Part shown: in pieces, positions 1 to 9,081 of the stretch
Position numbering within the stretch: position 1 is the stretch's first letter
Layout: every line of letters begins with the position of its first letter
From: an uncultured Thermococci archaeon
GTDB taxonomy: Archaea; Methanobacteriota_B; Thermococci; Methanofastidiosales; B48-G16
Length of the DNA: 64,000 nt
NCBI GenBank assembly: GCA_964595645.1
Contig: CAZQQT010000005.1
Location: 104,999 to 168,998 of the forward strand
Reading direction: 5' to 3'
The notes under the pieces: model-generated
The model's input: the letters and a program-made list of their open reading frames with translations, nothing else
What the model was told of the DNA's origin: nothing
Databases searched by the model: none
Program-made: the position numbers and the translations under genes

Positions 1-1
1 A

Positions 2-667
2 GTATTAGCGAAACATGCAACTACCCTTCATGATATCAGTAATGGCAGATTCTGGCTCAGTATTGGAGCAGGCTGGTTCAAACGGGAATATCAAGCATAT
101 GGTCTGCCATTTTACCCGCATGATGAACGCGTAGCTCGAACAAAAGAGGCAATCCAAATCATTACAAAATTGTGGGAAGAAGAAAGCGTAACTTTTAAAG
201 GTGAGTACTATTCGCTAAGTAATGGCATCCTTGAACCAAAACCAGATCCCAGACCCCCAATATGGTATGCCGGTATGTCTGAAGCCTCTCGCAGCCTTGT
301 TGCCGAAGAAGCAGATGGCTGGCTAATGCGTGGGTGCAGTCTTGAAGAAGCACAGAGTAATATTGTCGATATGCATGAACGCCTCAAGAAAAAGAGGAGG
401 GATACCATAGAATTTGCCATTCCAGCACTAACATTTATCAGGGATACAGCTGAAAAGGCGGAGGAATACATAGAAAAGGTAACAGGAGATAACAAGGATG
501 TCCCCGATCGTACCTTAGACACTGGACTTGTGGGCACTCCTGAGATGGTGGCTCGAAAGATAAATCAATTGGAGAACATAGGCATCGATCATGTACTATT
601 ACAGCTCACTCCAACACTGAGAGAATTGCAGCAGGTAAGAAAAGTGCTTGATTGCCTTAAAAGCTGA
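2..667 (+). CDS. LLM-class (luciferase-like) flavin/F420-dependent oxidoreductase, 5'-truncated by window edge
   Basis: Frame is open from base 2: VLAKHATTLHDISNGRFWLSIGAGW...EYQAYG...LWEEESVTFKGEYY...PKPDPRPPIWYAG...ADGW...LVGTPEMV, typical LLM motifs. Confidence 0.85.
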   Translation, partial: VLAKHATTLHDISNGRFWLSIGAGWFKREYQAYGLPFYPHDERVARTKEAIQIITKLWEEESVTFKGEYYSLSNGILEPKPDPRPPIWYAGMSEASRSLVAEEADGWLMRGCSLEEAQSNIVDMHERLKKKRRDTIEFAIPALTFIRDTAEKAEEYIEKVTGDNKDVPDRTLDTGLVGTPEMVARKINQLENIGIDHVLLQLTPTLRELQQVRKVLDCLKS

Positions 668-818
668 TTAAATCTGTTGTTGATCTCCACGAACTAGTAT
701 AACTGAGAGCCTACCGAATATCGTCGATTTAGAGGGAATTATATTCATGTTCCTGCGGAATTTAGACCGATTAACTCACCAAAGTATGTGGAGTTCTTCT
801 AGATATGTCTGTGAAATC

Positions 819-1277
819 CTAGTATTTCTCTTCTACTTTCTCTGCAAACTCTCGTGCACCTTCTAGATCTTCTTCATTGGGTCTCCCCTTGTGGATTCCC
901 CCAATAAGGCGGAGAAGGTTACTAGTGTCGTATCCTCGGCAGGAAAATGTCCCAATAACGATGAATCTCTTCTTTTCCAATTTTTTCTGTAACTTCTTAC
1001 TGTACGCGTGAAATATTGGAATCTCTGGCAAACCGCTTGTGGAGAAAATAAACGCTTTTTTGGTGTTCATTTCAGATAGATCATCAATAAACTCTAGAAT
1101 TTCCCGATGAAACGTTCCGTAGTAGATACCGGACCCAAACCCCACAAGATCGTACTTATCAAGTGACTCCACCTCGTGCGGTTCATAGAGTGGTGCATCG
1201 AGGACATCTGCGATCACTGAAGCAATTTTTTCAGTGTTGTCGTGGTGTACCGATTTGTAGATAACTACTGGCTTCAT
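819..1277 (-). CDS. Flavodoxin family protein
   Basis: IYKSVHHDNTEKIA FMN loop, YDLVGFGSGIY, FSTSG, FSCRGYD, GRPNEEDL; ATG at 1277. Confidence 0.88.
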   Translation of the reverse strand: MKPVVIYKSVHHDNTEKIASVIADVLDAPLYEPHEVESLDKYDLVGFGSGIYYGTFHREILEFIDDLSEMNTKKAFIFSTSGLPEIPIFHAYSKKLQKKLEKKRFIVIGTFSCRGYDTSNLLRLIGGIHKGRPNEEDLEGAREFAEKVEEKY

Positions 1278-1314
1278 CAACAAGAAGTATATACATGTAC
1301 CTTTTTATAGCATC

Positions 1315-1566
1315 GTGAAAAAATATTTTATGGAGCTTAATAACAGTACTATTTCTGTGATTTCTGTCCTTAGCGGAGTAATACTCATTTTTGTCGTGCC
1401 CACAGCCCATGAGGGCCCACTGCTTATTTACATCAATGAACGTCATGCCATTCGGCTTGTAGACGCGCTGGGCCTTACACTTGCTGTACCGGGCTGGCTC
1501 TACATCAACGTTCTTTTATTCCGGCGGTGGAGGAAGAGGCGTTCTCAAGAATATTATTTTAAATGA
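1315..1566 (+). CDS. Small hypothetical membrane protein (2 TM)
   Basis: 83-aa ORF with two hydrophobic stretches and a basic C-tail; fills the gap before the next gene. Confidence 0.5.
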   Translation: MKKYFMELNNSTISVISVLSGVILIFVVPTAHEGPLLIYINERHAIRLVDALGLTLAVPGWLYINVLLFRRWRKRRSQEYYFK

Positions 1567-1584
1567 GACCTCTATGTATTGTAT

Positions 1585-2622
1585 ATGCATGTACTTATTC
1601 TTGGTGGTGGATTCTGCGGCGCGCGCGTAGCGAAAACACTGGAAAATGACGTCAATGTTACGCTTATTGACAGCAATCCACAGTTTGAGTTCACACCCAG
1701 TGTACTCAAGTGTATTTTCGATCCACAATATTATAAGCAGATCGTTGTACCTTTCCGACAATTTCTGCATTCTACTCGAATAATAACAGACAATATAATC
1801 TCTATTACACCGAATTCGATAAAAACTAAAACAGCATCGTATACCTTTGATTATCTTGTTATTTCTACAGGAATTGAATATCCTATATTTCTTACCAATA
1901 AAAAAGATGTGTATACAGTTACTTCTGTCAACGAGGCACAGAACGTACATTCTGCTGTTCTCAGTGCTGATCGGATACTGGTTGTTGGAGGAGGACTTAT
2001 TGGCACAGAACTGGCCGGCGAAATCGTTACAAAAATACCAGAGAAGGAGGTAATTCTCGTGCATTCACATCCTCGATTACTCGAAAGGAACCCTTTCAAA
2101 GCCTCAGCATACGCTCATCGTTTTTTGGAAGAGAGAAGAGTCAAGATAGTGTACAATGAAAAAGTTCGCGGAAATACAAATGGGAGCTATACAACAGACA
2201 AAGGACGGTCTATTGAGGCAGATGTTGGTCTTTGGTGTGCGGGTATTCGGTGGGACACCTCTTTCATGAACCACTTTAAAAGTTCTATTTTTGCAGAAAA
2301 CGGTGCACTGCATGTGAATGAACATCTCCAACTAGTAGGATACCCAAATATCTTTGTAGGTGGGGATATCACTGCAATTCCAGAGGAAAAAACGGCACAA
2401 AATGCTGAACGTCATGCGGATGTCATCGTTGAAAATCTCCGCAGAGCCGTGGAAGGTACTCCACTGTGTGTGTACACACCACGAACAGGACCTTTACTGA
2501 TTAGTCTTGGCACATGGAGAGAGATCATGACTATAAAAGACCACGTTATTACAGGGGTAATACCTGGTATTCTCAAGCATCTTGTAGAATGGCGGGTACT
2601 GGGACAATACAGAGGATTCTAA
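1585..2622 (+). CDS. FAD-dependent pyridine nucleotide oxidoreductase, AIF/AMID (FSP1)/NDH-2-like
   Basis: GGGFCG and GGGLIGTELAGE dinucleotide motifs, FDYLVISTG, NIFVGGD; no redox cysteine pair. Confidence 0.8.
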   Translation: MHVLILGGGFCGARVAKTLENDVNVTLIDSNPQFEFTPSVLKCIFDPQYYKQIVVPFRQFLHSTRIITDNIISITPNSIKTKTASYTFDYLVISTGIEYPIFLTNKKDVYTVTSVNEAQNVHSAVLSADRILVVGGGLIGTELAGEIVTKIPEKEVILVHSHPRLLERNPFKASAYAHRFLEERRVKIVYNEKVRGNTNGSYTTDKGRSIEADVGLWCAGIRWDTSFMNHFKSSIFAENGALHVNEHLQLVGYPNIFVGGDITAIPEEKTAQNAERHADVIVENLRRAVEGTPLCVYTPRTGPLLISLGTWREIMTIKDHVITGVIPGILKHLVEWRVLGQYRGF

Positions 2623-2791
2623 AATAAAAATTGAAAAAAAACAACATGTTTTTATCTTTTACGAGAACACAGTACTGATATCCTGTGTATATATTCTGGA
2701 ATATGTTTGTTCCATGAATAATTTTAAATAGATAAAATTCATAGTAAGAATAGGTAAAATAGGGTAACAACAAGCGTTCAACGGTGAATAT

Positions 2792-5152
2792 ATGGAAAGT
2801 GATGCAAAGCCACAGGACACGCCCACGAAGGAATTATCCATTGTTTCAGAGGTAACATCGACACTGAATAGATGTGATACCCCTGAGGAAGTATACCGGG
2901 TAGTAGGCAGGGAAATATACGAGTTGAGTAAGCATTCATATGTAGTAGTGACCTCTCATGAAGGAGAAATGGAGACTATACGAATCAAAGAATATTTTGG
3001 ATTTGAGGGAGTAACAGAGTTATTATTGCGTTTGATTGGGAAAGATCCACGAGAAATGATTTTTTCCCCTGAAGACATGACAAAAGAGGAGTGGCAGATT
3101 TTTACTAGTGGGAAACTGGAATTACTTTCTGGAGGTCTTTACACTCTCATGACACGAAAGATCCCGAGAAGAGTGTGTGATGCCATTGAAGGAATTCTTG
3201 GTATCGATCGGATCTACACAATGGGATTTAGTTTTAAGCAAATTCCTCACGGTGGTGTTATAATTATGGTAAAAAAGAATGAACAGCTACGTCATGTACA
3301 CGTAATAGAAACAATCGTAAGCCACGCCGCCAATGTGATATACCGGAGAAAAACAGAGGAAGAATTAAGGATAACCAAAGAACGATTAGAGCTTGCCTTT
3401 AAAGGAGCAAATGAGGGGCTTTGGGATTGGAATATTACAACAAACGAGGTTTATTTTAGTCCAGAGTGGGCCAAGACGTTGGGATATGAGTCGGAGGAGA
3501 TTGAGGGGGTGCTTGAATCATGGAAAGCACGTGTTCACCCAGAGGATATGCCCAGAGTTCAAAGGGCCCTTGATGATCATTTGAATGGGAAAACGCCCTA
3601 TTACAAAACAGAACACAGAATGAAATCAAAATCCGGCGAGTGGATCTGGATCCTCGACACAGGGAAAGTAGTTGAGTGGGACGAAGAAGGAAATCCAGTG
3701 CGGGCTGTTGGAACGCATAAAGATATCACCGCACGAAAAAAGATGGAAAAGGAGCTCCGAGAGAGCGAAGAGAAGTACCGATTACTCGCTGAAAATATGT
3801 CCGATGTAGTATTTATAGAGGACATGGAGTTTAATCTGCAGTATATAAGTCCTTCAGTTTCATCGTTGCTCGGTTATAGTATAGATGAACTCTTACGATT
3901 GGAAAAAAGAGAGTATATGAAACCAGAATCTTTTAAAAAGGCAAAAGAGGGTTTTCGTACCTGTATGGAGCTGGCTAAAAAAGGAGAAAATGAGGAATTT
4001 CCCCTCATGCGGTATGAGTACGTACGGAAGGACGGCTCTACCTTCTGGGGGGAGTTACAAGTAAAATTTCTGCGGGATTCAAAGGGCCATCTTACAGGAG
4101 TCCAGGGATCCCTCAGAGATATTACTGAACGAAAAAAGATAGAAGAGGAACTGCGGGAGAACGAACAGAAGTATCGCTCCATCGTAGAAAATGCTCATAG
4201 TGGAATCCTCATCGTCGATGAAAATTACACATGTACCTATGTGAACGACAAATTGTGTGAAATACTTGGATATTCTCAGAATGAGATCATCGGCCATGAT
4301 TTTCGAGATTTCCTTGACGAAGAAAGTACACAGCTCGTAACGGATCGCTACATCCGACGGCAACGAGGAGAAGATGTTCCTTCAAAATACGAGTTCAATG
4401 TTGTCCAGAAGAGCGGTGAGAAAAGACGGGTGGAAATTAGATCCACGGTACTTAAAGATCCAGAGGGAAAACTGAGAACGGTGGCACAGATTCTGGATAT
4501 CACGGAAAGAAAAAAAGCAGAAGAAGCTCTCAAAAAACAGAAAGAAGAACTTTCTGAGTTTGCACATACTGTTTCTCATGATCTGAAGAATTATATCGGA
4601 ATAATCAAAAATAGAGCACAATTTACCCTTATAGAAAAGAATAAAGCTGAAGAAAACGTCAAAAAAATCATCGATACGACAGAAAAAATGGAACATTTTG
4701 TGAAAAAGCAACTCGAGCTTGCCGATGCAGGTAGAGCCATAGGGGAGATGACCTATACCGATCTTGCTACAGTACTTGGAAATGTAGCGGAGAATTATGA
4801 GATTAAATTAAAACTAGAGGATCTGCCATCGATACGTGGTGATCCGGAGCGCTTAGAAGAGATATTTTCCAATCTCATTGAGAATGCAATTGTTCACGGT
4901 GAAGCAAGTGAAATAGAAATATGTTCGCGGAAAAAGGAAGGTTTTTGTGCAATTACTGTAAAAGACAATGGCAGAGGCATTCCTGAGGAAGAGATTGAGA
5001 AGATCTTTGATACAGGATATTCAACGAGTGGGACGGGATTTGGTCTTTCTATCGTTCAGAAGATCGTTGAAGCGCACAATGGGAGTATTGTAGTGGATTC
5101 TAAAGAGGAAAAAGGAACAATTTTTGAGATTGTGTTTCCTCAAGAGAAGTAA
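2792..5152 (+). CDS. Cytoplasmic sensor histidine kinase (GAF-like + 3 PAS/PAC + HisKA + HATPase)
   Basis: PAS/PAC ends DITARKK, DITERKK x2; H-box SHDLKN; N-box NLIENA; DNGRGI; GTGFGL. Confidence 0.92.
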   Translation: MESDAKPQDTPTKELSIVSEVTSTLNRCDTPEEVYRVVGREIYELSKHSYVVVTSHEGEMETIRIKEYFGFEGVTELLLRLIGKDPREMIFSPEDMTKEEWQIFTSGKLELLSGGLYTLMTRKIPRRVCDAIEGILGIDRIYTMGFSFKQIPHGGVIIMVKKNEQLRHVHVIETIVSHAANVIYRRKTEEELRITKERLELAFKGANEGLWDWNITTNEVYFSPEWAKTLGYESEEIEGVLESWKARVHPEDMPRVQRALDDHLNGKTPYYKTEHRMKSKSGEWIWILDTGKVVEWDEEGNPVRAVGTHKDITARKKMEKELRESEEKYRLLAENMSDVVFIEDMEFNLQYISPSVSSLLGYSIDELLRLEKREYMKPESFKKAKEGFRTCMELAKKGENEEFPLMRYEYVRKDGSTFWGELQVKFLRDSKGHLTGVQGSLRDITERKKIEEELRENEQKYRSIVENAHSGILIVDENYTCTYVNDKLCEILGYSQNEIIGHDFRDFLDEESTQLVTDRYIRRQRGEDVPSKYEFNVVQKSGEKRRVEIRSTVLKDPEGKLRTVAQILDITERKKAEEALKKQKEELSEFAHTVSHDLKNYIGIIKNRAQFTLIEKNKAEENVKKIIDTTEKMEHFVKKQLELADAGRAIGEMTYTDLATVLGNVAENYEIKLKLEDLPSIRGDPERLEEIFSNLIENAIVHGEASEIEICSRKKEGFCAITVKDNGRGIPEEEIEKIFDTGYSTSGTGFGLSIVQKIVEAHNGSIVVDSKEEKGTIFEIVFPQEK

Positions 5153-5328
5153 AAACTTCTATACATCTTATTTCATTATAATATGATTTTTAGTTCATTT
5201 ATAGTACTTATTTTTTAAATTCTCCCAAAAAATCACAGAAAGATTTAAAAAAATTGTGTATTTTCTTAGGGGGAGCAACGTATGTGATCCCCAATCTTTA
5301 TAAACACCTCTCAAGTACACACCTCTCA

Positions 5329-7320
5329 ATGATGCTTATCCTCGCAGAGAAACCAAATGTCGCCAATAAAATAGCACTCTTTTTGGGCGATGCCACCCGA
5401 AAAAAGAACGGTCGTGTCAGCTATTACGTAATAGACGATAAAGACATTGTTGTCGCCTCTGCGGTAGGACATATTTACTCTCTTAGACAGACGAGGGCTG
5501 TGGACACCTATCCATTTTTTGAGTACGATTGGACACCTGTATACGACTACAATAAAAGCTCCAAGTATGTCAAAAAATATGAAACAACACTAAAAAAACT
5601 TTCTAAGGATTGTGATGAGTTTGTCAATGCGTGCGATTACGATACGGAGGGGAGCGTAATAGGATATAACGCACTGCGATTTGCGTGTGGTGCAGATCCC
5701 AAAAAAACAAAGAGAATGAAGTTCTCTACGCTCACAAAAGGAGATATTCAGGAGGCATTTGAGAATCTCCATTCTTTGAATTTTGCAATGGTGGAATCAG
5801 GCCTTACCCGACATGAAATGGATTGGATATGGGGGATAAGCACATCGAAGGCGCTTTCTTCCTCTGTGGAAACAGCGCTCGGACGGTTTGTTATGCTCTC
5901 TGCTGGAAGAGTACAAACACCAACGCTCTATTTTCTTGTCAAGCGGGAAAAGGAGATTGGTGCCTTTGAGCCGGAAACATACTATAAAGCCTATATTTTC
6001 TTTACTAAGGATGAGATCGAAGTAAAGGCGGTCCATTCCGGCAGATTGGAAAAGGATGAAGCCGAAAAAATAGAAAAAGACTGTAAAGGAAAGGATGGTA
6101 TCGTCGATAAGGTTACACGGAAAAAAAGAACACGAAAACCCCCAATCCCTATGAATTTAGGGATTTTACAGTCCGAATGTTACAAAAATTTCCGATTTTC
6201 TCCAAAAAAGACCCAAAAAATTGCACAATCCTTGTATGAGTCAGGATTAATTTCGTATCCGCGTACGTCTTCACAACAACTTCCAAAATCCATTGATTTC
6301 AAGGGAATACTTACACGCCTGAAAAAACAGTACCCATTAGTAGGTGATATCCTCAAAAAGAAAAAGCTTGTACCGAGACAGGGAAAAAAGAAGGATCCCG
6401 CGCATCCAGCTATTCATCCTACTGGTGAGCTTGGAAAAATGTCTAAAAATGAAAAAAGAGTATACGATCTCATTGTTCACAGATTCATGTCACATTTTGC
6501 CGACATTTCAGTCAAGGAAAGAATAAAGGTAGATATAGATGTAAATGGATATATCTTTCTTGCAAGAGGGACACAAACATTGAAACAGGGATGGCTCAAG
6601 TACTATGGAAGATATACGAAGCAGAAGAAAAGAAAACTTCCAGATCTCAATGAAAATGAAGAAATTCCCATCGATAAACTGGAAATACAGGAGAAACAGA
6701 CACAGCCGCCTCCCAGATACAATCCATCTTCCGTGGTGAAGGAGATGGAGCGACTGGGCATTGGTACCAAGGCTACCAGAGCAAGTATACTCGACACACT
6801 CTACAATAGGAATTACATCAAGGGAGGGAGGATAGAGGTTACCGAACTTGGGAAGAGAATCATTGGGACCTTGGAGAAGTACTGTGAGGACATTGTTTCT
6901 GTCGAGCTCACAAAGCACTTCGAAGAGGAAATGGAGAAAGTATACGAAGGAGAGACCAAAAGGGAAGAGGTAATTGAGGAAGCACGAACGAAGTTAGTAA
7001 AAATTTTTAAGAAATTTAGGAAAAAAGAAAATGAGATAGGGAAAGAGATTGCAGATGCTTTTAAGATAACGCAGAGAAATAAACGAATTGTAGGAGAATG
7101 TCCAGAATGTGGTGGAGATTTAAAGATCGTCACCTCAAAGAAAACGGGGAAACGATTTGTTGGATGTTCAAATTATCCAAAATGTAACAATTCTGTCCCC
7201 TTACCTCAAAAAGGAAAAATTTCCAAAACAAAAAAAGTGTGTGAGTGTGGCTACCCTGTACTGAGGATAGGACGATGGACGTTCTGTATCAACCCGAAAT
7301 GTCCAAAAAAAGAAGATTAA
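5329..7320 (+). CDS. topA: DNA topoisomerase IA (archaeal TopA/Topo III type) with C-terminal zinc ribbons
   Basis: AEKP Toprim start, DYDTEG, SAGRVQTP, catalytic ISYPRT, AHPAIHPT, GIGTKATR, CPECG..GCSNYPKC; TATA ctttataaa about 25 nt before ATG 5329. Confidence 0.95.
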   Translation: MMLILAEKPNVANKIALFLGDATRKKNGRVSYYVIDDKDIVVASAVGHIYSLRQTRAVDTYPFFEYDWTPVYDYNKSSKYVKKYETTLKKLSKDCDEFVNACDYDTEGSVIGYNALRFACGADPKKTKRMKFSTLTKGDIQEAFENLHSLNFAMVESGLTRHEMDWIWGISTSKALSSSVETALGRFVMLSAGRVQTPTLYFLVKREKEIGAFEPETYYKAYIFFTKDEIEVKAVHSGRLEKDEAEKIEKDCKGKDGIVDKVTRKKRTRKPPIPMNLGILQSECYKNFRFSPKKTQKIAQSLYESGLISYPRTSSQQLPKSIDFKGILTRLKKQYPLVGDILKKKKLVPRQGKKKDPAHPAIHPTGELGKMSKNEKRVYDLIVHRFMSHFADISVKERIKVDIDVNGYIFLARGTQTLKQGWLKYYGRYTKQKKRKLPDLNENEEIPIDKLEIQEKQTQPPPRYNPSSVVKEMERLGIGTKATRASILDTLYNRNYIKGGRIEVTELGKRIIGTLEKYCEDIVSVELTKHFEEEMEKVYEGETKREEVIEEARTKLVKIFKKFRKKENEIGKEIADAFKITQRNKRIVGECPECGGDLKIVTSKKTGKRFVGCSNYPKCNNSVPLPQKGKISKTKKVCECGYPVLRIGRWTFCINPKCPKKED

Positions 7321-7616
7321 GATTTATACGGAATTCTTCGTATATGACCACACTCAAGACATGTCATGACCTTTTTTTTGTTTCTGAAGCGTATCCGTAG
7401 ATTCTCTCCTGGCTTGAGGAATTTGTGGCAGTTTTTACAGTACATCCTTCTCCATTTTTTTGGGATCTGTACTCTACATCTCATGGAGACTCTCCTCGCT
7501 ATCCTCACGTACCTGTGTGCCAGTTCTGGGCGCTCGTCAAATACCTTTTCAGCTTCTTTGAACAGCCTGTCAATGCTTTTTTTCGCACGTCTCTTGATTC
7601 TCGACTTCCGCTTCAT
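7317..7616 (-). CDS. rnp4: Ribonuclease P protein component 4 (Rpp21)
   Basis: LAHRYVRIARRVSMR..RMYCKNCHKFLKPG..MTCLECGHIRRIPY; true start likely ATG 7616. Confidence 0.93.
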   Translation of the reverse strand: MKRKSRIKRRAKKSIDRLFKEAEKVFDERPELAHRYVRIARRVSMRCRVQIPKKWRRMYCKNCHKFLKPGENLRIRFRNKKKVMTCLECGHIRRIPYKS

Positions 7617-7660
7617 TGAGAAGAAAAAGGTTTTAAAAAATAAAAGCCTATGGGAGAAGT

Positions 7661-8545
7661 ATGCAAATGGTAGAATGTGTTCCAAACTTTAGTGAAGGGA
7701 AAGATACTCAAACGATCGATGCTATCCTCGATGCTATCACGAGTGTGGAAGGCGTGAAGATCCTAGACAGTGAACATGATAAGGATCACAACAGAAGTGT
7801 CATATCGTTTGTGGCGGGTCCAGACGATGCTGTAGAGGCGGCCTTCCGTGGGTGCAAAAAGGCCTCAGAGCTGATAGATCTCAATACGCACGAGGGAGAA
7901 CATCCACGGATGGGCGCCACCGATGTGATTCCGTTTATCCCTGTCTCAGATGTAACGATGAAGGACTGTGTAGCACTTGCCGAAAAACTGGGTGAGCGAA
8001 TATGGAACGAACTGGAAATTCCAGTGTACCTCTACGAACAAGCGGCGAAAACACGGAAACGGAAGAATCTGGCGAATATACGGAAGGGAGAGTTCGAGTG
8101 GCTCAAGGAGAATATCGAGAAACGCCCCCCTGATTTTGGAGATGCAATTCACCCTACCGCCGGTGCTACTGCAGTGGGCGCCCGTGAGTTTCTGATAGCA
8201 TTTAATGTGAATCTTGGTACGAATGATCTCGGCGTTGCGAAAAAGATAGCAAAGGCGGTGAGACACTCCAGCGGTGGACTACGATATGTGAAGGCCTTGG
8301 GATTTGAGATAAAGGAAAGAGACATTGTACAAGTATCGATGAATCTCACAAACTACAAAAAAACACCGATATTCCGGGTCTTTGAGCTAATAAAAAGTGA
8401 AGCGGATCGATATGGTGTTCCTATTATTGGCAGTGAGCTGATAGGACTAGCGCCTATGAACGCATTTGTGGATGTAGCAGAATTCTACCTCAAACTTGAG
8501 GACTTCAAGAAGGATCAGATATTTGAACGGAGGATATGGGAATGA
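7661..8545 (+). CDS. ftcD: Glutamate formimidoyltransferase
   Basis: VECVPNFSEG, DHNRSV, HEGEHPRMGATDVIPF, GAREFLIAFN, VQVSMNL. Confidence 0.95.
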   Translation: MQMVECVPNFSEGKDTQTIDAILDAITSVEGVKILDSEHDKDHNRSVISFVAGPDDAVEAAFRGCKKASELIDLNTHEGEHPRMGATDVIPFIPVSDVTMKDCVALAEKLGERIWNELEIPVYLYEQAAKTRKRKNLANIRKGEFEWLKENIEKRPPDFGDAIHPTAGATAVGAREFLIAFNVNLGTNDLGVAKKIAKAVRHSSGGLRYVKALGFEIKERDIVQVSMNLTNYKKTPIFRVFELIKSEADRYGVPIIGSELIGLAPMNAFVDVAEFYLKLEDFKKDQIFERRIWE

Positions 8546-9081
8546 AGGAATTTTTGGACAGACTTGCGTCAAAAAGCTCCGTACCCGGTGGGGGAAGTGT
8601 CTCCGCACTTTCTGGTGCGCTTGCTGCGTCCCTTGGGTTGATGGTGTGCAATCTCTCTGACCTTCCCACTGTACGATTGGAAACACTGAAGGAAGAGCTT
8701 GAAAAGCTCATGAAAGAAGATGAAGAAGCTTTTAAAGAGGTAATGAAAGCATATAAGAAAAAAAACAAAGAAAAAAAGGAAGAAGCACTTAAAGAAGCCA
8801 GTAGGGTACCTTTGAGAACGGCAGAAAAATGTCTCGATGTGCTGAAAGAACTTAAACCGCTCAGCAAGGAAGGAAAAAAATCCGCGATCACTGACGTGGC
8901 AGTAGCCGCTGTGCTTGCGGAGTCTGGTATTCAGGGAGCAATTTTTAACATACGGATCAACCACAAGTATATTAAGGACGAAAAATTTATAAAAGACACC
9001 ACACGATGGTACGAAGAGATAGTGAAGGAAGGAAAAGACCTCAAAACATATGTACTGTCTATTGTTGAGGAGTCGTTATGA
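8542..9081 (+). CDS. Formiminotetrahydrofolate cyclodeaminase (FTCD_C family)
   Basis: EFLDRLASKSSVPGGGSVSALSGALAASL, DEEAF, SAITD; ATGA overlap with ftcD and with fhs. Confidence 0.9.
   Translation: MKEFLDRLASKSSVPGGGSVSALSGALAASLGLMVCNLSDLPTVRLETLKEELEKLMKEDEEAFKEVMKAYKKKNKEKKEEALKEASRVPLRTAEKCLDVLKELKPLSKEGKKSAITDVAVAAVLAESGIQGAIFNIRINHKYIKDEKFIKDTTRWYEEIVKEGKDLKTYVLSIVEESL

Noticed and set aside
668-818. Possible gene remnant or sRNA between the LLM and flavodoxin genes
   Set aside because: Only short open frames, with no recognisable motif or convincing structure
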